Source of the DNA: a virus | Strand: one strand, 5' to 3' | Length of the DNA: 64,000 nt | IMG/VR virus record: IMGVR_UViG_3300035703_000027 | Coordinates: 32,001 to 96,000 of that record | In this document: positions 62,364 through 64,000 of the stretch, piece after piece | Position numbering within the stretch: position 1 is the first letter of the stretch | How the letters are laid out: every line of letters begins with the position of its first letter | The notes under the pieces: generated by a model | Database searches by the model: none | Seen by the model: only the letters and a program-made list of their open reading frames with translations | What the model was told of the DNA's origin: nothing | Made by a program: the position numbers and the translations under genes

Positions 62364-62465
62364 CCTGTCCGGGCCGCCAGGGCCCCGCCACTTTCACAGC
62401 GCCGCGGACGCCATTCCATCATCGCGCAGGCAACGGCCGGGTGCTCCACATCAGTCGAGGGCAGC

Positions 62466-63494
62466 ATGTCAGAGGCAAGCATTACGGCCACCAACCTGGC
62501 CGACGAGATCAGCACCCGCGCGGCGGCGGACAAGGCGCTCAGCGATCGGGTCACGGCGCTGGAGCAGGCGCCCGCGGGCGGCGCCAGCTTCACCCACGTG
62601 GACTTCGAGGCCGTGACGCTCGACGCCAACAACGAGCACGTGCTGGCCGCGGCGTCCAGCGGCATCGTGACGGGCAGCGTTCCCATGCTGGTGGTGGACG
62701 GCGTGGTGCAGGACGGCGTGACCGCCACCAAAACCTACGAGGTGCTGAACGACGCGGGCGGCATCAAGCGCAAGCTGCGCATGTACCCGCTCTCGCGCAG
62801 CTACTCCGTGCTGGGGGACGCCAAGCTCGCCCTGCCGCCCGGTCAGGCCACGACGGCCCTGCTGCTCGACGGCAACGGCGACTACGTGCTTTCGGCCACC
62901 GACGCGTCCCATGCACTGGGCACGGGCGACTTCACGCTGGAGTGTCGCATCTACCCGACGGGCGTCTACAACTACAACACCATCCTGAGTTCGCGCCCCG
63001 ACGCGCGCTCGGACCCGAACATGTACGGGTTCGGCCTACGCGGAAACGGCGAGGTGTTTTTCTACACCAACGGCTGGATCCTGATCAGCCCGTCGAACAC
63101 GATCCTGGCGAACAACTGGTACCACCTGGCCCTGACGCGCAGCGGCACCACGCTGACGCTGTGGGTCAACGGCGCGTCCGTGGCGACGGCCACGAACAAC
63201 CAGAACTTCACCGAGACGCGCCTGTACATCGGGGCGCACGCCAACGGCGCGGAGGCCTACGCGGGCTACCTCCGGGACGTGCGCGTGACCAAGGGGGTCG
63301 CGCGCTACAGCACCACCTTCACGCCGCCGGCCTCGCCCCTGGCGATCGCAGGCGACGCGCACGGCAGCAGCGTCGCGCTGCTCTCCACGTTTGCCGGCAC
63401 CAACGGCAGCACGACGCTGACCTACGTCAAGGGCATCGGCGGCGTGCTGCCGGACGGCAGCAAGGCGTTCATCAGCTACCGCGCGGCCCTGTAG
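62466..63494 (+). CDS. fibre protein with LamG/concanavalin-A-like domain
   Basis: GDFTLECRIYP; WYHLALTRSG; LYIG; DVRVTKGVARY...FTPP. Confidence 0.75.
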   Translation: MSEASITATNLADEISTRAAADKALSDRVTALEQAPAGGASFTHVDFEAVTLDANNEHVLAAASSGIVTGSVPMLVVDGVVQDGVTATKTYEVLNDAGGIKRKLRMYPLSRSYSVLGDAKLALPPGQATTALLLDGNGDYVLSATDASHALGTGDFTLECRIYPTGVYNYNTILSSRPDARSDPNMYGFGLRGNGEVFFYTNGWILISPSNTILANNWYHLALTRSGTTLTLWVNGASVATATNNQNFTETRLYIGAHANGAEAYAGYLRDVRVTKGVARYSTTFTPPASPLAIAGDAHGSSVALLSTFAGTNGSTTLTYVKGIGGVLPDGSKAFISYRAAL

Positions 63495-63504
63495 GTAAGG
63501 CGCC

Positions 63505-64000
63505 GTGTACTCCGTATCGCTAGGCGGCACGCTCAATCTGGCCGAGCTGCTCGCAATCCCGCTCGAAGCGGGGGCAATTTACGCGCTGGATGACGGCGCT
63601 GGCTCTATCCTGGAAGTGGGTAGCGCCTCGGGCGTCGTCACCACGCTCGCGACGGGCACGGGCACCGTGCTCGTCCTGGATGTGACCGGGGCCATCTGGC
63701 AGCGTGTGGGAATCACGGTGCTGGCGGCAGCGGAAGCCATCGTCCGATCACAGATTGAAAGCAACGCAATCACGCTCACCATCGGGGCAGTGGCCCTACA
63801 GTCGGAGGGGAATCCCAACATGACGGATCGCGGCATTATTGGCGGTATCAGGCTGATCGACAATTCGACGCCTGATGCCAAGCTCCAGACCATCACCACG
63901 GCTGGCAAGGTCAGCAACTCGGCCACGACGGCCACCAGCGCCAACACCGCCAGCGCCATCGTGGCACGCGACGCCGACGGCAAGTTCACCGCGGCGATGA
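63505..64000 (+). CDS. 3'-truncated tail fibre-related protein (absent from the ORF track)
   Basis: My translation from GTG 63505 is open to the window end: MYSVSLGGTLNL...; ATSANTASAIVARDADG fibre-type repeat; in-frame ATG 63820 has its own GGAGGG RBS. Confidence 0.65.
   Translation, partial: MYSVSLGGTLNLAELLAIPLEAGAIYALDDGAGSILEVGSASGVVTTLATGTGTVLVLDVTGAIWQRVGITVLAAAEAIVRSQIESNAITLTIGAVALQSEGNPNMTDRGIIGGIRLIDNSTPDAKLQTITTAGKVSNSATTATSANTASAIVARDADGKFTAAM

Noticed and set aside
1-64000. Stop-codon reassignment, tRNA genes, reverse transcriptase/DGR, integrase
   Set aside because: Genes end at TAA, TAG and TGA in register with downstream starts. I saw no cloverleaf/T-loop signatures, RT motifs or recombinase motifs by eye; tRNAscan was not run.

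Overview
The window is a 64-kb segment of a large, very GC-rich (about 70% by eye, not computed) tailed phage or phage-plasmid. It has a contractile tail and a head/tail module that resembles SPO1/Twort-like (Herelleviridae-type) phages. No portal, terminase or DNA polymerase is visible. Layout: 1-18.3 kb (+) holds large polyvalent proteins (zincin peptidase, thermonuclease, intein-containing SNF2 helicase, LPD-type protein, two paralogous modular proteins, sigma factor). 18.5-42.5 kb (mostly -) is an early/middle accessory region (Bet, SpoVS-like, RacA-like, ThyX, PAPS-reductase family, beta clamp, many small paralogs). 42.6-64 kb (+) runs prohead protease, scaffold, capsid, neck, sheath, tube, tape measure, baseplate, fibres. 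The main candidate new system has three linked parts. (1) A family of 'cargo' proteins shares an N-terminal ~130-aa basic module (four near-identical copies, two diverged). Each carries the hydrophobic-x-K/(S,A,G)-hydrophobic motif seen at the capsid-protein maturation site and eight times in the scaffold, which suggests a modular capsid-loading and protease-release system. (2) One cargo is a sigma-70-family factor with a ~75-aa insertion inside region 4. (3) About 12 genes share an unusual promoter, GGCAA-N29-TAnnnT, and six others share GCATAR-N13-nGGATR. All family assignments come from motif recognition by eye; no database searches were run.
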